The notes beneath the pieces are model-generated. The model did not search any database. It saw only the letters and a program-made list of their open reading frames with translations, and was not told where the DNA came from. This document shows positions 52,560 through 64,000 of a DNA stretch of 64,000 nucleotides, piece after piece. Where the stretch lies: the NCBI RefSeq assembly GCF_006345805.1, contig NC_043005.1, forward strand, positions 53,630,001-53,694,000, in the 5' to 3' direction. The translations under genes were made by a program, and so were the position numbers. Positions within the stretch are counted from its first letter, which is position 1; each line of letters begins with the position of its first letter. Source of the DNA: Octopus sinensis (lineage: Eukaryota).

Positions 52560-54100
52560 TGTAGTCGACCCTTGACTTTTCGGAATTAATCAGAACTTAA
52601 TCGAGACTGGAAAGATTTCTAATAAACTTGGTGCCGTTTCTCCGACAGTGAAATAAATGTGATGTCTTCGTAAACAAACCGTTCTTGATATTTCCTTGTT
52701 GGTTTAACAAACACAGCTTAAGCTGTACCATACAATTCGATGCGAATCGGGGACAATTTTTCATTCATACTGCATGATTTTGACGTGCTCCCATGATTTC
52801 AGAGACTCATCCATATTTTTTCCAGAAGCGCCATTCTGCTCCAATGTTCTCTGTTCCATTTGGAGATAACTCTAAAAGCTACCTTTGATTGAATCATTTG
52901 GTGAATGTGTTAAATTTTATCCCTCTCATCACTAGTGTAGCATATACATTACCTTTGTCCTATTACTCAACTGTAATGCAGTCGTGTATCTACATCATTG
53001 TTATGATGTTGCCTAAATGTCAATATTTTGAATGAATGCCTCCACGTCATTTTTTTGTTCTTCCCTTTCTTTGAAGATAGAGCTAGTGATAATAATGACC
53101 TTACAAGGTGTACAATGTGAGAATTAGTTGCCCACCATTTGAAGTGATTTTCTGTACACTGTGCTTGCCAATAACCCAAGGCCATCTCATAGCCTTTTGT
53201 TCTACACAGGCATTGAAAACGCCTGTAAGTATTGACTTTTTCACAAAAGTCAATACTTTTATAGAATATTATATTATTTATAGAATATTATAAAACGTTT
53301 CTTGTGCGATCAAGGTTGACCGATAAAGTAAATTACTCAATCCCCTTTCAAATGAGAACTTTTAAAAACTCACTATTCGGCCATTAATACAAATTCATTC
53401 TTGATATAATTTGGTCATAATACTGCTATTCTTTATGGCAAAGCCAACAACAAGCATATGACATTTCTCTGCTGGTTTCCGAACCCATGTCCACAATATT
53501 GTCCATTTCTAGCATGCTGGTCTTGTAAAGAGCTGAATATTTCCATCTTCTATATCATTAGTGAAGTCTGTCTTTCTGGTTGATCAGTCGCTCCTTTATG
53601 TAGGAAGCAACATTATAACATTCTACTGAATCAGATAGAGACTAGATTTATTGCGCCTTGGTGAATGTTTCGCTGCTACACAGGGCGGCAAACAGTCAAT
53701 GCGATCGTTGGACAACAAGGTGAGTATCTATCCGATAAAGGTTGACTTGTTGATGTTTTCATAGGAGTATCTGCAAAACAATTAAGTGTCAATAGTTTTT
53801 TTCAGTTACTAGCAGCACTCTCTCAGTGAGCTACAGTATGCACAGCAAGAAAGAACAGTCCAAAACATTGTAGTGCTAGTCACAGCAGCAGTTGTTTCAT
53901 AGACGTCCATAATGTGACGCCTCTCTCCACCCTCTTTAGGATCGTACAATGAGTCATGTAGGTGCGAACTTGAAGACATTTCTGGTAGACCTTGTTTTGT
54001 TGTTCTAACAGAATCGAGGATAGATTCTTCACAGAAATTATTCTTGATATTTCCTTGCTGATTTATCAAACACAGCTTTAGTTGCATCGTGTCTTTTGGT
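52560..54100 (-). pseudogene. Ancient RTE-clade LINE, APE endonuclease and linker remnants
   Basis: Broken motifs IDVAAL..SET (about 53690), VGFAIKNS (53425-53450), LTGVFNACV..WVIGKHSV..SNG (about 53150-53230), KKMTWRH (about 53040), and RKYQE (RKHQDWF-like) at about 52690 and 54050. Confidence 0.75.
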
Positions 54101-57100
54101 GTGAAGCAAGAACATTCTTGAATTAATACTGCTTGATAAGCGACTGCGATTTACTTTCCTGAATTCATGCGCTCTTTTGATGGGTTTCGTTTTTCGTTCT
54201 GCAAGGTTTTCGAGCATCTCGGGTTTGACGGTTAACTAACGGCTATCTAGAAATGCATAGGATATCTACTACACACAACGCACGCACACTCAGATACACA
54301 TCGTGTGTACGGAGAGAGAGATGGGGAATGTGTGTGTGTGACAGAGAGAGAGAGAGTGAGAGAGAATTAGAGAGGGCTAAGAGAGACCGTATATGAATAG
54401 AAGTAATAGAATAATAGAAGAGACTAAATTTCATATTGAATAATACTAGGTAACTTACCCAGAGTAAATAGTAGTCAGACAATAGAATGTTGCAATATAA
54501 CTCTTGATGTATTTATTTTCCCCGTTTACACTTTAAGTTCAAATTCAATAGACATTGACTTTGTTTCTCGTATGTCTGTCTATCATTGAGCAATTATATA
54601 CCTGTAATATATTACAATTGATTCAAACAACCAACTCAATACTTTCTCTTTCTAAATTTGGCCAGTTGCCAGCTATCGACGTTGTGTTTGTATTAGCATG
54701 AAGAATCAACCAACTTTTGAAATGAATCTTTTTGAATTATGCTTTTTCTCGTTCCTAATCTGTTGCCCGAATAATAAGGTAGTACTTTGAATTTCCAATC
54801 AGCTATTAGTTGGATATAAATTTTGATATGTATCATCTGATTTTAACTATCTCAATTTCGGTATTGGCCAGTCTAGTTCAGCAACCTAACCGTGCTAATA
54901 TCCTAGACATATGCAATTAATCAATTAAAAGATTCCGTATGAAGTTTTGTACCATTTAACAAACGGGTAGGAATAAATATGCAATTCATAGACAGCTGAG
55001 AATTATATGAAATGAGGCAGTAAATGCGATTGTAGCTAGCAAATAGATGAGTTGATCAAGAAAGCTGTAGAGAGGACTTGTATAGAAACTTGCAGACTTA
55101 CAACTTTAACCCATTGAAGCATGGAAAAAAATGGCTAAAAGTGCATGGGTGAGGTGGAGAAAATGATTATCACGAACAGAGGTGGAATGGAAATGTGTTG
55201 TGTTAGGGTGGTGACGTATAATTCAGCCCATTAGGTTTCTGTCTGCTTCTAGTTTAAAATGTTTTAGCTCAATTGCTAAATTTATTTCCTGTTTAGGTTT
55301 TAGTGAGTGAATGTGTGATAACAAATGAAGAGAATGTAAAATTAATGAGACATTCAATGGGAATGGCTGAAGTAGAATAAAAAGAGGAATTTCATTCACC
55401 ATGTGATGATTCCATAAATAAATGGTACATTTATTGCCCAAACTCACAGAGATGTAAGTAACAGTTAGTTGTACCATTATATTTATCTCATCAAATGGTC
55501 CAGATAGTGTGTGGCATGCTAGTATAGATTGATTTATGGCATCTAAATTTTAAATGGTTATGAGTTCAAATCACACTAAAATCGAATTTAACATTTTCCT
55601 TCTCATCTTTGTTTTATTTGAACTTTATTTCATGATGAAATCTAATATGGTGAAAGGTGAACATAAGAGTTGGGAATTATTGTCGACTACTTCAGTTGGA
55701 GGCCCTGCATCAATAATAAAATCAATATTGCTCGCATGAAGACTCCATGTAACTCTATAACTTTTTCCACTCTAGAAATTCAAATGACATAAATTTTCTA
55801 TTCTCAGTATTTTTCAGCCTCATCTAAAAACCATGAAAATGTAGGATCTCTCTATTCCGGATAGAGTATCAGGAAAATTGAGGTACCCTAAGTGAGAATT
55901 ACATAAAGAAAAACAGCGCAACAGTTCTTAATTACTAGGACCACTTCGAAGCACTTACTCAGATTCTGTTCACTCCAACACGTCACAGAACGCTACATAA
56001 TTTGTACAATATGAAAAAATATACTGTCATCGCTGTCTCTGTGATGTTAGCATCAAGTTTAAAAATCACGCAATTTGAGATTCGACTCTATAACGTGATA
56101 TCCCTCGAACTCACGACACATAAACATATTGCTAAACAAGATTTTATCTCAACCGACCCCAATCTATGCAACATTATTTCGAAATATACTTAAGAAGAAA
56201 AAGATCCTCACATTTCAAACGATTTTCGTACATTATTATTTTGCAAACACCTTATGATACTTTGTTGTCATTAATTGTCGATTGGAGACCTCAACAGTTA
56301 AAGTACCTTCCGAGAGTATCGCAACGTCCCGTGGTACCCATCAACATTGATGTAGACAGGGAATGCCTAGCTTGCTTTAATCCTGCTGTAACACTAATTT
56401 TCTCCGTTAACAATACTGCACCACCCACTGCATCGAGCCGAGAGAAGATTCCACAATGTAGCAGTAACTATTGTTTCCCCACTTCTCAAACACGCCCTTT
56501 TTGCTCTCCTGCTTTCGGGTTTTCTCATATGCCTTTCCTGCATCAAGGTAAAATATATTTCACTTCCCAGAAAACTTCACGGAATATTTTTCTACTCTCA
56601 TTTTAAGGAATCAATGCCAGCCAAGTAGGACAATATAGAACTACTACAAACTTCCGACATCCAACCTCTGCCGGAATCACATAATTCCTTGAGTCCTTCA
56701 TATTTTGGAATCATTCTTTTATGTATCAACTTCATATCACCTTCCCAAAATACCCTCAGCTCACCGATTTTGTCAATTCAAACTGTCAGATAAGGTCAGA
56801 GTTTTGCTTCGTTTTTGCAATATGGCTTAGGTTCTTCATAGTAATTAGATTCTTAAATAACATTGATTATAATTTGAAAGCATTTTTTCTTATGAATATA
56901 GTCAGAGTTCTTCGAACGAGTGTCACCGTAGTCTTTTAAGTGAAACTGGGTTGGCAAAAAGAATCTTCGTAGAAAGCCTTGTGGAGGGCATCACTTCAGA
57001 TACTACAAAGTATAATTTGTCCTAAGATAACATCTGTTATAGATTTTCTGTGATACAAACATAATAAATGTCAGAAAGTGAGAGAGAGAGAGACAGAGAC

Positions 57101-58540
57101 AGACAGACAAACAGAAAGACAGACAGACCAACAGATAGACAGACAGAGACGAAGATTTGCCCCAGTTTCAGCCAGCAAAGAACGACAGATACATATCGCT
57201 CTTTTTGTTTTTAGACTTTTCAATGGCGTGTACTCGCAATCAGCCATATGCTCGCACGACAAATTCTCGTTTGACTTTTCTTCCGCACAGCATAAAACGT
57301 ATTACTATGCTTGAATTAAATTATCATTATAACGTTTCACCTACACAGACCTTTACTAGTTTCTTCAAATTTTACTTTTTGACTATATGATTCATAATTC
57401 ATACAGCAATGAGCTGTCACTAGTCTTTTAAACTTCATGACTATAGAATTCCACCAGACGTTCTAATATTTTAGGTATGGCTTTTTTCCTGTATCGTTAA
57501 AGTTGTTTGTAGTGTTACAGTGGGAACTTAGTTCTGGCAATGCCGTCTCTTTTAATAGAAACGAAAAAGAGAATAGCGTTCTTACAGTATAAGACGTAGC
57601 TGTAATTTAAGAAAGCGATGTAATAGATATTATTGCTTAGAAAGGAGCAGAAACGAATCGAAATACTAAATTTTGGTGATATTAAAAGGACAATAATAAT
57701 AATTGATAATTATTCAACGACGACATATTTACAATATATTATTCGCTGTATATTCAATATGATAGTTTAGAACGTGAGAAAGGCTAAAAATCCCAGGTCA
57801 AGTGAAGAAGAATATGCAATTGTTCACATTTTCCTCATTCCAAGTTTTAATCTCGGCACAATTCTTGTTTCTGGCAACGATCCATCAGCTGTCTGGCCCT
57901 TATATTCATTCATGCTGCACTTCAAATAAAATCACGATCACATCATTTCTCATCTACGCAACCCCCCCCACCCCACCATCACCACACCACTACCGCCAAT
58001 TGCCAAGTCCTCCTCTTGTTCTCCCTTTTTAGACTCCTTTATTTCTTCGCCCACTTTGCCTCATCGTCCCGCCACATCCAGTCTTTATTCTCCACCACCA
58101 TTACCCCCACCGTTTACAGACTCACCATCACCACGGCGACGACGACGATGATTTTATTGAATGTTAATTGGACAATTGACCACAGAGTCTTTGTTCAAAA
58201 TGATATGTTTGAACTGTTTCTCTTATTTGTTGTCGGTGGTTGTCTAGATTGGAAATATTTAATTTCTTAAATGATTTGGTAAGCTTCCCATCAAATGATA
58301 CACGTTGTTTATTCTAGCTAGTTCTTGCTGTTAATAGATATAGACATAGATATGTCTATGGCTGTATTATCCACACAAACTATTACACTGTTACATTATT
58401 AACAAAAGCAGTAGGAATGTTGATATGAACATTGCTAGCACTAATATCTTTATCAAAGTATTTACACATTAATGTGTGTATCTGGCGTGTTATCAGACAG
58501 CTAGCTAAATTGAGCCCATTCTAAAATGTTATATCTTAAG

Positions 58541-59238
58541 TAGGATCTTAACCTTTTGACCTACAGATTTAAAAAATAATTTTTTGTATCCAAACACTTT
58601 CAAACTTCGGACACTGGTAGAATGTGCCATATAAAACGTGTTTTACTCTTAGCATTTTTGAGAAAAAATTATATTTACGAAGTTATTTCACGTTAAAGTT
58701 CTCGTATTTCGTTAATTTCTACCAATCAATGACGTGTATACAGCTGTATAAAATTACTGCCGTTGTTTGTCAACAACAACTATCGGTGGTGTATTTTTCG
58801 TTTGTCACTATTATTTATGACACCGTTCGTGCGTTTGTACTAGTTTTTAGGTTTTAGGGTTAGGGTTTTAGGGTTAGGGTTAGGGGATTAGGGTTAGGGT
58901 GTTAGGGTTAGGGTTTTAGGGTTAGGGTTTAAGGTTTATGGTTTTAGAGTTATGGTTGTCATAAATAACAGTGACAAACGAAAAATACTCCGCCTGAAGT
59001 TCTTGTTGACAAACAACAGCAGTAATTTTATTCAGCTGAATACACGTCATTGATTGGTTGAAATTAACGAAATACGAGAACTTTAACGTGAAATAACTTC
59101 GTAAATATAAGTTTTTCTCGAAAATGCTAAGAGTAAACTATGTTTTATATGACACATTCTACCAGTGTTCGAAGTTTGAAAGTGTTTGGGTACAAACAAT
59201 TATTTTTTAAAACTGTAGGTCAAAAGGTGAAGATCCCA
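58541..59238. mobile_element. 698-bp foldback/MITE with 282-bp TIRs and an internal (TTAGGG)n tract
   Basis: Arms 58541-58822 and 58957-59238 are about 92% complementary; TAAG direct repeat on both flanks; about 11 TTAGGG units in 58845-58956. Confidence 0.92.
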
Positions 59239-59685
59239 TAAGTATTATGAACTAAGAGTTGATATTTTTGCATACAATGAGTCCACAATATGGACTCTTT
59301 TTTTTTCACTAACATGTTGGGATAGATTGTAGGTGAGCTTTGGAATCACTGCAACGAAATGTAATTGCCAAAATGAGCTGTGCTGGACATAACTCTTATA
59401 ATATCATTGATGATACAGAAATGCTCAGCTAACTTTTCACCGCAAATTTTTCTGAGTTTATCTCAGTTTATCTCACAGTACCCGCACTGACTGCAAACGT
59501 GCACACGCTTCTGAATAAAATCAATGTATCGCAACTAATTTCTTGAACACTATGATTAAGCATACAACAAATATGTAATGTGAGCAGAGGACTAATAGCA
59601 TAGTCTGTAATAAAATGACTCGACATGAATCCGTTAGACTGCAAGCGTCCGAAATATTCACAACTTCTTCTGAAGCTATGAGTTT

Positions 59686-59756
<71 letters not shown>

Positions 59757-59757
59757 C

Positions 59758-59799
<42 letters not shown>

Positions 59800-60413
59800 G
59801 TGTGCGTGAGTGTGTGTGTATGTGTGTGTACGTCCTTGTATGTACAAGTTTGAGTCACACACCTCTCAAAAAAACCAATTATTTCACGTTCTCTCAAAGT
59901 TTCTAAATGCTTATGACCATCAACAACATACGACTGTCGCTAGTCACTATTCATTCCCACTTAAATACGGATGTTCTGTTAGAACAAACTTATGCTGCAA
60001 AATTCGTATATTGGCTCTTTGGTACAAAATGCATTCTTGTTTATATCATTAGTAGAGAGATAATCCCCGCTACCTCCGCGCTTAGATCACCAGAGCAAGT
60101 GATTTCAAACTTGTTTGATCTTGTCAATGATGGACACTCGATCGCTAAAGGAAACAGCTATTCATCTCCTCCAACGATTGAGAGTGCCAGAACATGCGCT
60201 TGTGTTAACTTGTAAAAAATATATATAAGCGACGAAGACAGTCCACGTTTAAGTGAAAATGAATATTACCTCTCAGAATTAAAACTACTTCTATCGCTAA
60301 TGTATATGTATTTTTTCATATATATTTCGCACTATGTGTATAAAGTAAACATATAGCAACAACAACAACAACAACAATAATAATAATAATAACAACAACA
60401 ACTATAATAAAAT

Positions 60414-60502
60414 GCCCTGATGCAGTACCAGGCAGTGGCTTCATGGTTTCTGATCTTAACTGATTGGAAGTGTTATCATGTACATTGTTTTGTCCTAGTA
60501 TA
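60414..60502 (+). mobile_element. 5' portion of the TAA-associated 540-bp element
   Basis: Follows an AAC/AAT tract; matches 11047-11135. Confidence 0.75.
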
Positions 60503-60553
60503 AGGAAGGCGATTTTTTCCGCCTTCCTTTACCTTTGGACTTTTCTATCTCCT

Positions 60554-60588
60554 GTTTTTGAAGAAGAGCTATGCTCGAAACATAAAAC
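60554..60588 (+). ncRNA. Decayed minimal hammerhead
   Basis: GTTT-TTGAAGA-A-GAGC-TAT-GCTC-GAAAC-AT-A-AAAC; two changes (C3U and ACGT to ACAT) from a canonical dimer-type motif. Confidence 0.5.
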
Positions 60589-61328
60589 AACCACCCTTTC
60601 CTTCTCTGAGTGTCTTGTTAATACTTTTCATGTTCTACACCCTCGTGTTGTTTTGTTTTGTTTTTTTTGTCTTGTCCTTTTGTCTCCGTTTTCTTTTTAA
60701 TCAATTATATACATATATAAGTATTTTGTAAGTAATCAAATACTAATACAGAGAAAAAGAAAAAGAATCGGTTCTTCAAACGGTTCGAACATCGAATTAA
60801 TCGTATGCAGAGTGTTCACGTTACCATTATACGGAAAGTGACCCTGGTAATTTCCTAACTTCCGCCTGCCAAATGTCTTCTGCTTAAAAGTTTTACTGTT
60901 ACAAACTCATGGTACTATTCCAAAACATATCATACGGTTATCAGAGGATATTTTCTTTACCGTCGTTTAACATTGTTAAATATCGCACTTAAATTCTCTT
61001 TATCATGAAAAAAAAAAGCATTGATTCCAGGAATATGAATTTAGCAATATCTTGCAAGTCAAGAATTTGAATATAAGTTTTATATTATGGGACAAGCTAG
61101 TAGAATCGTTAGCACACCGGACAAAATGCTTAGCGGCATTTCGTCTTACGTTCTGAGTTCAAATTCCACTGAGGTCGACTTTGCCTTTCGTCCTTTACTG
61201 ATGTCGATGAAATAAGTTCCAATTACGCACTGGGGTCGATATAATCGACTATCCCCCACCCAAAATGTTATGCTTTTTTGCCTTCAGCACTAGATATATA
61301 TATATATATATATAATTATATATATATA

Positions 61329-61370
<42 letters not shown>

Positions 61371-61631
61371 TTTATCGTTTACTTGTTTCAATCACTGGAC
61401 TACGGTCATGACGGGACACCACCTTGAAGGGTTTAGTCAAAGGAATCTATCCTAGCACTTATTTTTAAGCTTCGTATCCATCTATTAGTCTGTTGTGCAG
61501 AACTGCTGGGCTTCATATATGTGTGTGTGTGTATGCGTGCGTCCTAGCTATTACCGCTTGAAAATGCCTGATATCATTTACATTAAAAAATTTTCACTCT
61601 TACTATGTAATTTGCCTCCTACTCACATGCG

Positions 61632-61676
61632 TTTCTTTTTCTTTTTCTTTTTTTTTTTCTAATTTTTACTTTTCAG
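61632..61676 (+). promoter_or_regulatory. Strong 3' splice acceptor
   Basis: About 40-nt pyrimidine tract, CTAAT branch-like motif, TTTTCAG|; all three downstream frames close within 65 nt. Confidence 0.35.
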
Positions 61677-62198
61677 ATATTGATCAATACATGTTCAAAC
61701 TAAATATCAACTACAGCTGTCTTGTGAATGTTGGATAGGACCTGCAAGAGGTGTCGGATCTACTTTTCTACCTCCTCTAATCAACTGAACATAAATTGTA
61801 CGAAACAGACTCGCCTTGGAAGAATTCTTTTATCTAAGAGTGTTTTAGTCCCAAAACGGTGCTGACTGACTAGATCTCTAATCCAAAGCATTCTAGCTAT
61901 GACCTAGCCTTTTCATCACTCGAGCAGTTGCATACATCGCACAATGTATAACCTGTCTCCATTTTTTGAAAGCTGTAGGTTGTAATTTGAGGAAGATTTA
62001 ACTGCTAATTCTATCAGGTCGAACAACCACGTAGGTATTCCCTTGTTAAATTGAAACAGCTGCAGCTCATTTCCAGTTTATTAGCATTAACAGAACAATA
62101 CTGAGAACGTTTAGAAATTTTATGTTACTAAGATTGTGCAAGCAAGCGCGCGTAGTGTGTGTGTGTGTGTGTGTGGTGTGTGTGGTGTGTGTGTGTGT

Positions 62199-62242
<44 letters not shown>

Positions 62243-63149
62243 GAAGTGATGAAAAGGAGATAAAGTAATTGATATGGATGATTCCCATAGTGTTCTGATA
62301 TGCTTATGCTTGTGAATCAGGCCCCACTGGGATTTCAAGGAGAAGACAATATCACTATTAACTCTGTCATTTCATAAATATGTAGTGTGAGTTGCTGACG
62401 TGAGAAGGACACTGATCAAATGAGTGATTAGATATAGAATTCGTAAATAAATCTACTCTTATTGAAAATGATAAATCAAATCGAAAATGGGTAAGATTTG
62501 GAAGTTGAATTTCATTTACATTCTAACTGCATTACTTATTTCGTCCAGCATCAATTGATGAATTAAGATGAATTGCTAGGATCTGTTACTCAGTATTTAT
62601 ATGACGATTCTCATTTGCAGGCTTTCATGATTGTGGGGGAGGGACCTATTATGATATAGTAGGCTTTCATACTTCTTTAATTACTTTCTATATTCATGAG
62701 TTACTTGGGAAGAAATAACAATATAATCGCATTCTATAATTACTTGGCAACTCAACAGCAGAAATGGTGCAGTGTTTTATTAATAGCCTTATTGTTGTCG
62801 TTGTTGTGGTTACTGTTGTTGTTGCAGTTGTCTTTATTTTCCATGGACTGAGAAATGCATCAAGCGATTCTTTTCTTACATTAAAAGGAATTAGGTACTT
62901 GTGGAAAAACATGCATATATATATGGCAATTACCTCGCGGAAGAAACGTTTTTAGTCATTCAAAAGCACATTCCATTGTATTTCTTCGTGTCAAAAGTTT
63001 CTTCGTGCCTCAGCGACCGAGTCACAGATGCAATTCCACTGCGACGGAAAATCTAACGCAAGACATAAATCAAAAGTGACTTTGTATTTTGTTGTTGTTC
63101 GTATTTTTTTGCGTATGAAATGCTTCAAACGACTCTTCCACGAGGTAAT

Positions 63150-64000
63150 TGTTTCAGTTTTAAAATGTGGCTTGTATCTGATCTCTTGCCGGATAAGTGC
63201 AACTCGGAAAAACACATAACCATGTTGAGGTAGAGTCCTCAGGCATTTCCTCCATAAGGCCCTATCAGAAGCAACCGCCATTTGAGTTTCCGGATGGATT
63301 ACCAAGTGTGACCGATTGAGTTATAAATATTATCTAACCATCTTAAGGCTGCGAACTGGCAGAATCATTAGCACACCAGGCGAAATGCTTAGCGCTATTT
63401 CGTTCATCTTTCGTTCTGAGTCCAAATTCCGCTGAGGCCAGCTTTGCCATTTATTCTTTCGGAGTCGATAAAAATAAGCGCCAATTGAGCACTGGAGTAA
63501 ATGTATCGATTTTCACTCTCCTCCAAACTGCTGGCCTTGTATCGAAATTTGAAAGCGATGTTATCCAGCCATCTCGTTCTTGGTCTACCTTCAGGTCTCC
63601 TATCGGTTAGTCTCAACGACATGACTCCGGGTTTAGTTCCTCTGCGTGGCACCTTCGGCAAGTGTCCTCTTACTATAGCCTTGGGCTGGCCAAAGCCTTA
63701 CTATAGCCTTGGGCTAGCCATCCAGTTCTTGGTCTACCTTCAGATCTCCTATCGATTAGCAGGGACTTAAAGAATCAATTAGCGATCGATTCTTCACTAC
63801 CACATTCTAATTGCATATCTGTAGTGCCGTAATTCTGTCCTTTCAATGCAGAAAAGTAGCAGCAGCTCGACCTGAAGAACTCCCTGACATTCCAGCTAGG
63901 CATGTTCTCAAGTGACGTTACTCCAGAAATACTTCGAAGAAATCCCATTTCAGCCGATTGTATTCACGATCATACTCTTTCGGTCATTACTGATCATTCA
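63150..64000 (-). pseudogene. RTE-clade LINE 3' end interrupted by a SINE A (about 63345-63555) and a SINE B fragment (63618-63715)
   Basis: VMTERV*S*IQSAEMGFLRSISG, RRPEGRPRTRWLDN and AVASDRALWRK, typical of the RTE RT C-terminus. Confidence 0.8.

Noticed and set aside
55850-56800. Possible decayed RT (VTAGLKQA..SLS on the - strand)
   Set aside because: A single weak motif, not enough to call.

Overview
AT-rich animal DNA, dense in microsatellites and transposons. The repeat families resemble those of Octopus; this is my recognition, not a database result. I find no supportable host protein-coding exon, and almost all listed ORFs are microsatellite read-throughs, so the window looks intronic or intergenic. 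Retroelements: a young but disabled R4/Dong-clade non-LTR element (RT + CCHC + restriction-like endonuclease, 11657-14995) inserted in a (TAA)n tract, an older Dong fragment also in TAA-rich DNA, decayed RTE LINEs, a Penelope GIY-YIG remnant, and dozens of tRNA-derived SINEs from at least three families. DNA elements: Tc1/mariner, hAT and Helitron non-autonomous copies. The most striking layer is catalytic-RNA motifs. There are two hammerheads with intact cores (22265-22357 +, 43507-43591 -), several decayed ones and a decayed HDV-like fold (30065-30121). A candidate hammerhead at 5256-5316 (-) has its three strands in a non-canonical, pseudoknot-requiring order. Other highlights: a 698-bp foldback element with a (TTAGGG)n core, a 17 x 29-bp array of overlapping NF-kB-like and STAT motifs, and head + n x 183-bp SINE concatemers with the same junction at three loci.
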